A DNA stretch of 64,000 bases from a virus (Duplodnaviria > Caudoviricetes): positions 3,717 through 67,716 of the IMG/VR virus record IMGVR_UViG_3300032232_000840, one strand, 5' to 3'. The notes beneath the pieces were generated by a model, which saw only the letters and a program-made list of their open reading frames with translations, was not told the origin of the DNA and made no database searches. This document shows positions 56,091 through 64,000 of the stretch, in pieces (positions within the stretch are counted from its first letter, which is position 1; every line of letters starts with the position of its first letter). The translations under genes and the position numbers were made by a program.

Positions 56091-58920
56091 ACTGATCGCG
56101 TTGTAGTGACTTTCCAAGGTTAGCTAATCCCAATTTCCTAAAGTTATAGGCTCTTTTGGACTCAAAAGTGGACTGCTCGTTCTTTGCCTTGACTGTCATC
56201 CCCCCGAACCCGAACCTTTGACGGCAGAGTTCGATCAAAATGGCTGCGGCGTCCGCAATATCTGGGGAAGCTCCCACTCGACCCTTCATGTCAACTTTGC
56301 TCTCAACTCGCATCCGGAGAGCTGTGCCCTTGTCGGTGCTGTATTTGCGAGAGCACATCTCCTTGGCAAGCTCTCGGTCGATTCCTTTGAGCTGCCCGTT
56401 GCGGATCAACTCCTTGGCCGAGAACCAAAGCTCGGAGACCCGGTTGACGTACCTTTCGCACGAAGGGGTGTTGTCAGTTGCGGAAACGGGGAGCTCGGAA
56501 GCCTTACCTCCGAACTGGACCCGGAGCACGTTCCGAGACCAGATCATGTCCACGATGTCGCCGAAGGGTCCTCCCGCGCCACTCGCGTCGAATGCCGTGT
56601 GCTCAGGTAGTATGCCCTCGATCTCGCACTTCTCTTGGAACTGACGGACGATCTGCTCGCTGCGAGTTTGCTTTTTATTGGTCACGTCGTCCTGGAGTAG
56701 CTCGTAGTGCGTGAAGCAAAGAGCTGGGATTCCCTCGCGGGAGATTCCGTAGAGCCCGTGGTAGAGCACTGATCGATCGCCACCATTGGTGAACGCCGGA
56801 TCAAGTGCCGCCACCTTGGTAGGCTCCTCCAGCCAGATAGCTGTCTTGTCGGCTTGGGTAGCGATGATCTCCGCCTCGGAGTAGATATTGTCCTCGTCTC
56901 CGGTCGGTGCCCAGTAGCCACGGAACATTCGGTAGTAGGCAAGCGAGTTCTCGCCGAAGCGTGCCTTGGCCTCGTCGATCTTGGCCTGAGTCACGATCCA
57001 GGGATAGATGAGCTTATTGGCGATGACGTTCGGGGACTTCTCTCCGTCGAAGCGGATACACAAGCCCCGCTCGGTCTCCCACTCGTCTTCAAGAGGGCTG
57101 ATGGACTGCCAGCCGTCTTTCGGCTTCGCAAGGATTCCGAATGCGTCGAAGCGGGATGCAGGGTTGCCGATGCCGATGAACTGGAACTCGGGGTTCAGGG
57201 AAAGGTTGCTGGCGGATGCCTCCAAGATTGATTCCGAGAGCTCGGGCATTTCGTCGGCGATCACTATCACGCGTTTGTTTTTGAATCCGATCAGCTTGCC
57301 GACCGCCTCTTTCTCTTTCTTTTTCTCAGCGGCGATAAGCGTGATGCCGGACTTATCGCTGGTTCCGCCAGTCCCATCCTCAAATCGGATGAGGCCCATG
57401 CTATCGACCAATTTCCCAGGCAAAGGGGGCGCGGCTTGCCAATAATCTCGGATCGATCCCCAGATACGCTTGCGGGAGTCTTTGAGCGTAGTCGAGGTGA
57501 CTAGAACCATTGTGTCGTAAGGTGCGACAATGAAGTTTACAATAGCCCAGATAGCGTAAAAATCGGTGTTGTGATTTATAGTAAAATCCCCCAGTAGGAA
57601 TCTACCGTCTCCATCGAGGGTGTACCCGTACCAATCGCCTTCACCCAACTGCTGCACCTCAAAAGAAGTACAGTCGGAATTCTGTCTTCGCTTTTTGGTA
57701 ACACACTTCTTACGGAGGGTCGGAATCTCAGACGTATTCCCCAAGATGCAGATCCTCTGGGATGTATACTCCTTCCCGTTGAGCTTTATGATGCGGTCTT
57801 TGACAGTTACTCGGAACCCCAGCGACCTAGCTAGAAACACGATGTCTTGGGCCAGTCCGGGATAGGAGCAAGCAATCTCGTAGTAGGTGCCCGCAGAGTA
57901 TCCATCGGAATCTATGATTCCAGCAAGTAGGCGCATCCGTTTTTCATGACTATTGATCAAGTACCGTCGAGCGATCCTCTTTTCTCCCTCCCACGGTCTG
58001 GCGAGGGGAGGATTTCCGGAAGACTCTTTTACCAAATCGAAAAATGGGTTACCGCGAGCACCCTTGTGGGACACCATGTATGTGGGGCACTTCCCAGCGT
58101 AGGAAGTCACTTTGAGATCATACCCTTCAGACTGAAAATAAGTTTTCAGATACTGTGACACGTCGAGATCAGTCTTCGGGGAGCAAGTGATTATAGGCCG
58201 TCCCGTGGTGCCGTCACCGAGCCAGATCCCATAGATGCGTGGGTCAATCTCGACGGGCTGCTCGGGGAACTCTACCCCCGTGCAAACAAGTTTGAACCGC
58301 TTCTTAAAAGACTCGCTGGAAGCCAGGTAATCTTTGACGGAAATATCGATAAGCTCCCCGACACGTTTCCGACATCTCTCTCCAGACCAAGCCCGTTTGA
58401 GCGTAAGGATATGATCGTCGTTACATTCCCACGAGTCTCCTTTCTCGGGAATAATACGAACCATGTTTGAGCGGCCAGGATTCGTAACGAGAACATTACG
58501 GGGTTTGGAGTCCGGCCCCATGAGCTGATCGCCTACTCGCACTTCGTCGTTTCGTTTGATAGTCCCGTCGAACATCAACACGGGAACGTGCGGAGCAAGA
58601 CACTTCCCCGAACTCGCGCAGCCAGCCACGGCGAGGTACTTGTTCTGGCACGCGGCCTCCAACATTCTTTCTGCCCACGGGTGCCAGACGAAGGGTTTAG
58701 GCCCATCCGCAGGCCACAGAGCGGAAACGATACGCTTGAAATGGAACTCGGGAAGCTCTCCGCCTTTCTCCAGCGGCATGGGGTTTCGGAACGAGTAAAT
58801 CTCTCGGTTGAATTGATCGATTTTTTTATTCCACCAACGCCCGTACTGGAACTCTTGGTCGGTAATTTCCACGATGCGACCATCGGGAGTTTTAATTTTG
58901 CCGCGTACAGGAGAGCTCAT
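56080..58920 (-). CDS. terL: Terminase large subunit, intein-containing (likely start Met 58920)
   Basis: Walker A GCASSGK|T, Walker B VIADE, nuclease ALDPA and DIADA. Confidence 0.9.
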   Translation of the reverse strand: MSSPVRGKIKTPDGRIVEITDQEFQYGRWWNKKIDQFNREIYSFRNPMPLEKGGELPEFHFKRIVSALWPADGPKPFVWHPWAERMLEAACQNKYLAVAGCASSGKCLAPHVPVLMFDGTIKRNDEVRVGDQLMGPDSKPRNVLVTNPGRSNMVRIIPEKGDSWECNDDHILTLKRAWSGERCRKRVGELIDISVKDYLASSESFKKRFKLVCTGVEFPEQPVEIDPRIYGIWLGDGTTGRPIITCSPKTDLDVSQYLKTYFQSEGYDLKVTSYAGKCPTYMVSHKGARGNPFFDLVKESSGNPPLARPWEGEKRIARRYLINSHEKRMRLLAGIIDSDGYSAGTYYEIACSYPGLAQDIVFLARSLGFRVTVKDRIIKLNGKEYTSQRICILGNTSEIPTLRKKCVTKKRRQNSDCTSFEVQQLGEGDWYGYTLDGDGRFLLGDFTINHNTDFYAIWAIVNFIVAPYDTMVLVTSTTLKDSRKRIWGSIRDYWQAAPPLPGKLVDSMGLIRFEDGTGGTSDKSGITLIAAEKKKEKEAVGKLIGFKNKRVIVIADEMPELSESILEASASNLSLNPEFQFIGIGNPASRFDAFGILAKPKDGWQSISPLEDEWETERGLCIRFDGEKSPNVIANKLIYPWIVTQAKIDEAKARFGENSLAYYRMFRGYWAPTGDEDNIYSEAEIIATQADKTAIWLEEPTKVAALDPAFTNGGDRSVLYHGLYGISREGIPALCFTHYELLQDDVTNKKQTRSEQIVRQFQEKCEIEGILPEHTAFDASGAGGPFGDIVDMIWSRNVLRVQFGGKASELPVSATDNTPSCERYVNRVSELWFSAKELIRNGQLKGIDRELAKEMCSRKYSTDKGTALRMRVESKVDMKGRVGASPDIADAAAILIELCRQRFGFGGMTVKAKNEQSTFESKRAYNFRKLGLANLGKSLQRDQFSS
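57568..58602 (-). mobile_element. 345-aa intein with a LAGLIDADG homing endonuclease
   Basis: Starts CLAPH after the Walker A GK and ends INHN before Thr; GIWLGDG and LLAGIIDSDG blocks. Confidence 0.92.
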
Positions 58921-58991
58921 CTTTTTTCTCCAGTTTGTACGAGATCCGTCCGACTTTTTCTCGGCTCCCTCGGTTTTCTCTGTAGAAAACC

Positions 58992-59015
58992 CGGAGTTGA
59001 CGGGGCTCGAACCCG
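58992..59015 (-). other. Candidate attP core: 3' end of a tRNA (Asp-like)
   Basis: Minus strand CGGGTTCGAGCCCCGTCAACTCCG = T-arm, 3' acceptor strand and G discriminator, with no 5' half; ~100-160 bp upstream of the integrase. Confidence 0.7.
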
Positions 59016-59113
59016 AGCATTGCATATACCACAATCAAAAAGTGTCATATCTGTAAAATCCATCTAACAGAGTAAAATGTCAATGAGTTTCATATACCGC
59101 TTACCACAAATGA

Positions 59114-60376
59114 GTGTCTGATCTTACTCCTTTTGGCGTTGACAAAGTGTACGATCTGTACGATTTTCCGCTCATGAAGGTTCCTAAAAACATCACTTAT
59201 CCATTCGTTCAGAAGACCAAATTCGGCAAGATTAAAATCTATAAGAACGGCACGGAAGAGAGCCCCAACTTCATTGTCTCGTGGGTATCTTCCGAATTAG
59301 GGAGGCAGAAGAAATCCTTCCGAGACCAAGACAAGGCTTTCCTCAAAATGGAAGAGCTGATCGACGATTTCGAGGCGGGGAAGATCTCCCGAAAGAACGT
59401 CACCACCGAAAAAGCGATGTTCGTCGCAGAGTGCGAAGAAATGCTCAAACCCTACGGAGCTACCTTAATAGAAGCGGTGCGATTCTATGCGGAGCACAAA
59501 TCTAAGACGGCAGTAAAGCCGATCATGGCTGCGGATGCAGTAGTCGAGTACCTTAAACGATTCGAGGATACCAAGGGCCGCCACTACCGATCGGCAAGTA
59601 GCAACCTCAAGAAATTCGGTAGGCACTTCTTGAAGACACTGGACAAAATCACCGTCACGGAGCTCGATACCTACTTCACCTCGATCTCCAAGGTTGGGAA
59701 GACTAGGAACAATCACCTGACCTACGCCCGCACGTTCTTCAAGTGGGCTAGGGATTATTGCCAATACCTGCCGGAAGGGAAGATGGAGATCGATAAGATC
59801 AAGGAGCCCTATCCGGAGAAAAAGACGCGCCCCGATCTCTTTACTCCCGAGGAGATGGGAAAGCTCTTGAACTGCGTCGATAAGAAATTCATGCCGTACC
59901 TGGCTATTGGAGCATTCGCGGGAGTTCGCAGTGCCGAGATCTGCCGCCTCAAGTGGGAGGATGTTCGGATTGACCAGAAGCGTATCGTTCTTAGCCCAGA
60001 AGTTACCAAGACCCACAGCGGTCGCTTAGCGGTGATGCCGGATAATCTGATTGCGTGGCTTAATAGCTATACAGGGGAGAAGAAGGGCCCCATATCGCCC
60101 TATGTGGAGGACCAGATCTGCAAATTCCCCATAGAGTGGGCTCGGACAGCCGGGATCACTTGGAAGAGGAATGGGTTGAGGAAGGGGTACATCTCAGCCT
60201 GTATGGCGTATGCAGACGCCAGCGCAGCGGTAGTGGCAGAGAACTGCGGGAATAGTCCCGAGATGATCAAGAGCAACTACCGGATGCTGGTTCTTCCGGA
60301 CTACGCAGAGGCGTGGTTTGGAGTCTATCCGGCGGGGTATGTGCCCCCTGTCAAACAAGAGCTCAAAGCGGCTTAG
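59114..60376 (+). CDS. int: Tyrosine integrase (start possibly ATG 59174)
   Basis: Catalytic R (GVRSAEI), K (TKT), NGLR, CGNS and Y (SNYR). Confidence 0.9.
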   Translation: MSDLTPFGVDKVYDLYDFPLMKVPKNITYPFVQKTKFGKIKIYKNGTEESPNFIVSWVSSELGRQKKSFRDQDKAFLKMEELIDDFEAGKISRKNVTTEKAMFVAECEEMLKPYGATLIEAVRFYAEHKSKTAVKPIMAADAVVEYLKRFEDTKGRHYRSASSNLKKFGRHFLKTLDKITVTELDTYFTSISKVGKTRNNHLTYARTFFKWARDYCQYLPEGKMEIDKIKEPYPEKKTRPDLFTPEEMGKLLNCVDKKFMPYLAIGAFAGVRSAEICRLKWEDVRIDQKRIVLSPEVTKTHSGRLAVMPDNLIAWLNSYTGEKKGPISPYVEDQICKFPIEWARTAGITWKRNGLRKGYISACMAYADASAAVVAENCGNSPEMIKSNYRMLVLPDYAEAWFGVYPAGYVPPVKQELKAA

Positions 60377-60493
60377 GAAGGGTCATGAGGTATGTAAGCG
60401 TATTACTTAGAACAATTCTTGTTGCATACACCACGCAATTACATTACTTCTTTACATGAGCCAACGCTCAACCTAAAACAAACAAACACGACC

Positions 60494-60688
60494 ATGCCTA
60501 ACAAAATCGCCGACCACAGGTGCCGAGTCACCTACATCGAAGAGATCGAGAATATGGAGACTATACGAGCAATCGCAAAGAAGAATGGTATCTCCCCGTC
60601 TGCAATCATTCGCGCTGCGACACACCAAATGTGTGAAAAGCTGCGTCAACACCCAAACACTCGCTTCGTAGTACCGATCTTTGAATAG
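60494..60688 (+). CDS. Ribbon-helix-helix (CopG/Arc-like) regulator
   Basis: RVTYIEE beta strand, then IRAIAKKNGISPSAIIRAA. Confidence 0.65.
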   Translation: MPNKIADHRCRVTYIEEIENMETIRAIAKKNGISPSAIIRAATHQMCEKLRQHPNTRFVVPIFE

Positions 60689-60751
60689 TAATCACCGACT
60701 CAATTCGCTACCCCCGGAGCGTTTTGAGTACAGGTATCATCAACCACAACA

Positions 60752-61084
60752 ATGAGACGCACAGCAGCCCTTACGCTAGAAGCCGCACACAGCTTCCGAG
60801 TTACCTCCCTTCCAAATGGTCGATTGAAGATCGAACTGGAGGACGTGGAGACGCAGCAACTCGAATCCGCAGCCCCCCACACCGTGTACGATAAATCCGG
60901 TGTAGCTAGGAGGCTGGGCGTAGGAAAGAGATCTATTGATAACTATATCCGACAAGTGCGAAACCCCCTGCCGTATTCCATTGCGATGGGCCGTGCTCGG
61001 TTCCTTGAGTCCGACGTGATCGACTGGCTCGTGAAAGGTCAATCTCCCGCAGCCAAACGTGTCAAAGCCCGACTGGGAGCATGA
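60752..61084 (+). CDS. Excisionase/AlpA-like HTH protein
   Basis: YDKSGVARRLGVGKRSIDNY...LPY...RARFLESDVIDWL. Confidence 0.75.
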   Translation: MRRTAALTLEAAHSFRVTSLPNGRLKIELEDVETQQLESAAPHTVYDKSGVARRLGVGKRSIDNYIRQVRNPLPYSIAMGRARFLESDVIDWLVKGQSPAAKRVKARLGA

Positions 61085-61554
61085 AAGCAATCCTCGCCCT
61101 CGATCTTGCAACTCAGACTGGCTGGGCTTATAGCTCGGCTGGTTTGATTTCGTCGGGTAGTGCGGGGTTTCAACTCAAAAAGAAAGACCAACCTGGAGTG
61201 AGATTCTTAAAATTTAGAAGCTGGCTGCGCGATCAGATCGAGATCGTGAAACCGGAGCTCGTGGTCTTTGAAGAGGTCATGCGCTGGTCCAGTGGAGCGG
61301 CGGCAAAGTGCTACTGCGGACTACTCGCGATCATGATGACCGAGTGTGAAGCCAAGGAAATCCAGTACGAGGGAGTCCATGTCGGAACGATCAAGAAAGC
61401 GGCGACTAAGAATGGATCAGCTTCCAAGGAGCAGATGATCGAAGCGGCGAAAGCACGAGGCTATGCTCCGACGGACGATAACGAGGCTGATGCAATCCAT
61501 CTTCTCCATATTTTCCTCGATAGGTATCTTACACCACGCAACACAAACACATGA
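61081..61554 (+). CDS. RuvC-like Holliday junction resolvase
   Basis: ILALDLA, VVFEEV, DDNEADA acidic motifs. Confidence 0.85.
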   Translation: MKAILALDLATQTGWAYSSAGLISSGSAGFQLKKKDQPGVRFLKFRSWLRDQIEIVKPELVVFEEVMRWSSGAAAKCYCGLLAIMMTECEAKEIQYEGVHVGTIKKAATKNGSASKEQMIEAAKARGYAPTDDNEADAIHLLHIFLDRYLTPRNTNT

Positions 61555-61775
61555 AAACCGAAATAGAGCAACGCTGGCGTCCGCCCAGCATCCCAAATGG
61601 ATGGAGTGCAACCTTTCGCCGATTCCACGGCTACTGGGAGCTTAACTGCCCTCACGGAGTAGGTCACCCAGACCCGAGAGATCCTGCCCTCCAGGCCGAC
61701 GAGACTGGTGGAATCCACGGATGCGACGGCTGCTGCTCCCAACTCCAAGAACTCTTAACCCAGAACACTAAATGA
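61551..61775 (+). CDS. Hypothetical Cys/His protein
   Basis: CPHGVGHPD...HGCDGCC. Confidence 0.7.
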   Translation: MKTEIEQRWRPPSIPNGWSATFRRFHGYWELNCPHGVGHPDPRDPALQADETGGIHGCDGCCSQLQELLTQNTK

Positions 61776-62128
61776 GCCGACTAGAACGCAATTTCAAAAT
61801 GGCAAACGCCGCCAGTCCGAACGTCACCCCGCCCCCAAGTAAAGCCTACCTCGATAACTACGACTCCATTTTCAGGAAACCAAAACCCAAAAACCCAAAA
61901 TGCAAAACGACCAGTACAAAGCAGGCCAAGACGAAATGCGGGAGCGCATCTGCGCCCTCGTCGCGCACCACATGGAAACCGCAAGGATCTTCCACGGCAA
62001 AGGCAGCGAGGAATACCTCCGCTACCGGAATCTCCTCGAAGAAGTGCGTATCGACCAACAAAGCGAGCAAGCAGTGGTCACTCAAGCAGCTCAGTAACCT
62101 AGGAATGTCAATGTATGGAATCGAATAA
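61772..62128 (+). CDS. Hypothetical protein (N-terminal AYLDNYDSIF motif; 3' part overlaps the next gene)
   Basis: ATGA overlap with the upstream gene. Confidence 0.45.
   Translation: MSRLERNFKMANAASPNVTPPPSKAYLDNYDSIFRKPKPKNPKCKTTSTKQAKTKCGSASAPSSRTTWKPQGSSTAKAARNTSATGISSKKCVSTNKASKQWSLKQLSNLGMSMYGIE
61900..62097 (+). CDS. Hypothetical protein
   Basis: A/C-rich leader; helical sequence. Confidence 0.6.
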   Translation: MQNDQYKAGQDEMRERICALVAHHMETARIFHGKGSEEYLRYRNLLEEVRIDQQSEQAVVTQAAQ

Positions 62129-62411
62129 CCCTACCGAAAGCATTCTCGACGAGGCAATCCGAGTCACCTCCGGTGATCGTCGTCGCGACTACGATGCCGC
62201 TGGCCCAAATCACGAACGCATTTCCCGGCTTTGGAATGCCTACATCACCTCTCGTAAAGAGGCGAACGCACTGCTCAGCCCCCTAGACGTGGCGACCATG
62301 ATGATCTTACTCAAGATCGCACGGGCATCGTTCACCCCGACTAGGGACAGCTACGTGGACATCGCAGGCTACGCCAAGTGCTGCGCCCAGATCCAAGGAT
62401 TCGAGCCGTAA
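62115..62411 (+). CDS. DUF6378-like protein (all-alpha, nucleotide pyrophosphohydrolase-like)
   Basis: ILDEA....GDRRRDY...RISRLW...DVATMMILLKIAR...DSYVDIAGYA. Confidence 0.75.
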   Translation: MESNNPTESILDEAIRVTSGDRRRDYDAAGPNHERISRLWNAYITSRKEANALLSPLDVATMMILLKIARASFTPTRDSYVDIAGYAKCCAQIQGFEP

Positions 62412-62412
62412 A

Positions 62413-62754
62413 ATGAGCTGCGCCAAGAAACGAGTTCAGTGCGTTTTAGTGAGTAAACAAGGCTACGTCTTTGTGGGCGAGAACTGGTGCAACAATCCCC
62501 AGCAATCTTGCCCACGAGACGCCGAGGAGGGGTATGAGAAGTGCCACTCTATCTGCAAGCAGAACGCGCACGCGGAGGTCGAGGCTATCCGACTCGCAGG
62601 ACCGTATGTCAAGGGCGCAACCGCTTACCTCATCAATCACCACCACTATTGCAGGGACTGTCAGATCGCTCTGTTCGATGCGGGGGTCGTAGCACTCAAG
62701 CGCGTCGAGTCGATGGATGAGATCCCGAAACCTTTCCACATAACAACTAAATAA
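62413..62754 (+). CDS. dCMP/cytidine deaminase-like protein
   Basis: HAE and YCRDC zinc motifs. Confidence 0.85.
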   Translation: MSCAKKRVQCVLVSKQGYVFVGENWCNNPQQSCPRDAEEGYEKCHSICKQNAHAEVEAIRLAGPYVKGATAYLINHHHYCRDCQIALFDAGVVALKRVESMDEIPKPFHITTK

Positions 62755-62757
62755 AAT

Positions 62758-62937
62758 ATGAAACTAAAAATAGAACTAAACGGAGAACAGGAAGACAAGA
62801 TCATCGCTAAGTCGATCAAGCTCTCATACGAGCGCAATGACCGCATGGGAAGGCATGAAAACCCAGACGACTTCGCGGAGATGCAAGAAGCATTCCGTCT
62901 CGTCTACCACTACTACACCGGGAAGCACCTCAAGTGA
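62758..62937 (+). CDS. 59-aa hypothetical protein (not in the ORF track)
   Basis: MKLKIELNGEQEDKII...; ATG 3 nt after the upstream stop. Confidence 0.55.
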   Translation: MKLKIELNGEQEDKIIAKSIKLSYERNDRMGRHENPDDFAEMQEAFRLVYHYYTGKHLK

Positions 62938-63001
62938 ACGAGCTTAGTAAGGCTCGGGCTGAGTTCTATAAACAGCAACGGGAGAAACTGAAACTAGCAG
63001 C

Positions 63002-63109
63002 ATGAAACCCAAGATCAAGGCATCACTACCGACCTGCGCCAAGTGCGGACGCAAAGCACCAGTCAACGCGAAAACAAACAAGTGCATAAATTGCGACAAA
63101 ACAAAATGA
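63002..63109 (+). CDS. 35-aa Zn-ribbon peptide (not in the ORF track)
   Basis: CAKC...CINC; ATGA overlap with the next gene. Confidence 0.45.
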   Translation: MKPKIKASLPTCAKCGRKAPVNAKTNKCINCDKTK

Positions 63110-63339
63110 CAACCGACACACCACAGACTGATGCCTGCGGTTTCTGCGGAGAAAAAGACTGCGAGCCTTACTGCCGCCCTCACGGTCAAGAATGCCGATC
63201 TCCTTTGTGCGAGATGACCGAGAGAGCAAAGAAAGCAGAGGCCGAGGTCGAGAGGCTTCGTTCAATTCTCACAGATCATGCAACTTTCCTGCGTAAAAAC
63301 GGATTCGACGTACAAGCAAACACACTAGATCCGAAATGA
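63106..63339 (+). CDS. TDTPxTDA-family hypothetical protein
   Basis: MTTDTPQTDA plus a coiled AEAEVERLR segment. Confidence 0.7.
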   Translation: MTTDTPQTDACGFCGEKDCEPYCRPHGQECRSPLCEMTERAKKAEAEVERLRSILTDHATFLRKNGFDVQANTLDPK

Positions 63340-63782
63340 CAACCGACACACCACTAACTGATGCCGCAAGGCAAAAGTACTATGACGGCACCCCCTCGGA
63401 ATGGGTGCATTACAAAATTGCCATGATGCTTGAGCATGAGCTAGGGGAGCTAGAACGTGAACTTCAATCTCTCAGCAACCGACTTGAAAATATGACGGAT
63501 TCGAGAGATTGCATGATTGAGGATCGCAACCTCCTCTCGGCAAAGGTCAAGAGGCTCCATACCGAAAACTTCTGCCTCAAAGAACAAATACAAGAGTTTT
63601 ACGAGCACCTTGCATTCTGGCCATTTATGCTCGGGTCATTAGTAATCGCATCTATTGGATTCTTTTACACGCTCGGCAAAACGCAAACAGGGACTTTCGG
63701 TGATCCGATTATGGCACTTTTATGGTGGCTGCTTCCGTTAACGGTGATCCTACTTAAACTTGGAACCTACCTGCCGCGATGA
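63336..63782 (+). CDS. TDTPxTDA-family protein with a C-terminal membrane segment
   Basis: MTTDTPLTDA, ELERE coil, hydrophobic tail. Confidence 0.65.
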   Translation: MTTDTPLTDAARQKYYDGTPSEWVHYKIAMMLEHELGELERELQSLSNRLENMTDSRDCMIEDRNLLSAKVKRLHTENFCLKEQIQEFYEHLAFWPFMLGSLVIASIGFFYTLGKTQTGTFGDPIMALLWWLLPLTVILLKLGTYLPR

Positions 63783-64000
63783 ACCATTCCCAACCGAGGC
63801 CGAAGTCAGAGACATTATGAACAGATACTACAACCTCATTAAAATGAACCCAACCGACACACCACGCACCGATGCCGAAAGGATCGGGGAGCTAGAACGT
63901 GAACTTCAAGCTATCAGCAACCGACTTGAAAACATGACGGAGTCGAGAGATTGCATGATTGAGGATCGCAACCTCCTCTCGGCAAAGGTCAAGAGGCTCC
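63444..64000 (+). repeat. 115-bp near-identical direct repeat (63444-63558 and 63886-64000)
   Basis: GGGGAGCTAGAACGTGAACTTCAA...GGCAAAGGTCAAGAGGCTCC with a few substitutions. Confidence 0.9.
63844..64000 (+). CDS. TDTPxTDA-family protein (3' truncated)
   Basis: MNPTDTPRTDA followed by the same ELERE coil. Confidence 0.65.
   Translation, partial: MNPTDTPRTDAERIGELERELQAISNRLENMTESRDCMIEDRNLLSAKVKRL

Noticed and set aside
58921-59034. Longer terL N-terminus from the ORF track
   Set aside because: It runs across the att core and regulatory region; Met 58920 is more plausible.
58992-59065. Possible complete tRNA gene
   Set aside because: The upstream minus-strand sequence cannot form acceptor, D or anticodon arms; only the 3' 24 nt match, so it is treated as an att core.

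Overview
The whole window is tailed-phage DNA with no host genes, probably from a temperate podovirus-like phage. A/C-rich leaders without Shine-Dalgarno sites and the integrase style suggest a PVC/Verrucomicrobiota-type host (inference). From left to right: (1) end of a family-A DNA polymerase and a primase-helicase; (2) a 1.25-kb repeat- and G-tract-rich non-coding region and an HNH gene; (3) a ~490-nt hairpin-dense candidate structured RNA and a candidate terS; (4) a long + strand early region with many small genes, a DUF3150-like/MoxR-AAA/VWA-metallopeptidase triad, a Cys-rich Fe-S-like protein and a C5 DNA methyltransferase split over two fully overlapping frames; (5) a - strand virion module (22.5-58.9 kb) with a 3081-aa polyvalent protein, tail proteins, lysis cassette, capsid, scaffold, portal, a direct-repeat-flanked fibre cassette and an intein-containing terL; (6) a tRNA-3'-end attP candidate, tyrosine integrase, RHH and excisionase-like regulators, a RuvC-like resolvase and nucleotide-metabolism genes. 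A 15-bp operator-like motif recurs at about 15 sites. All assignments come from reading motifs by eye; no database search was run.
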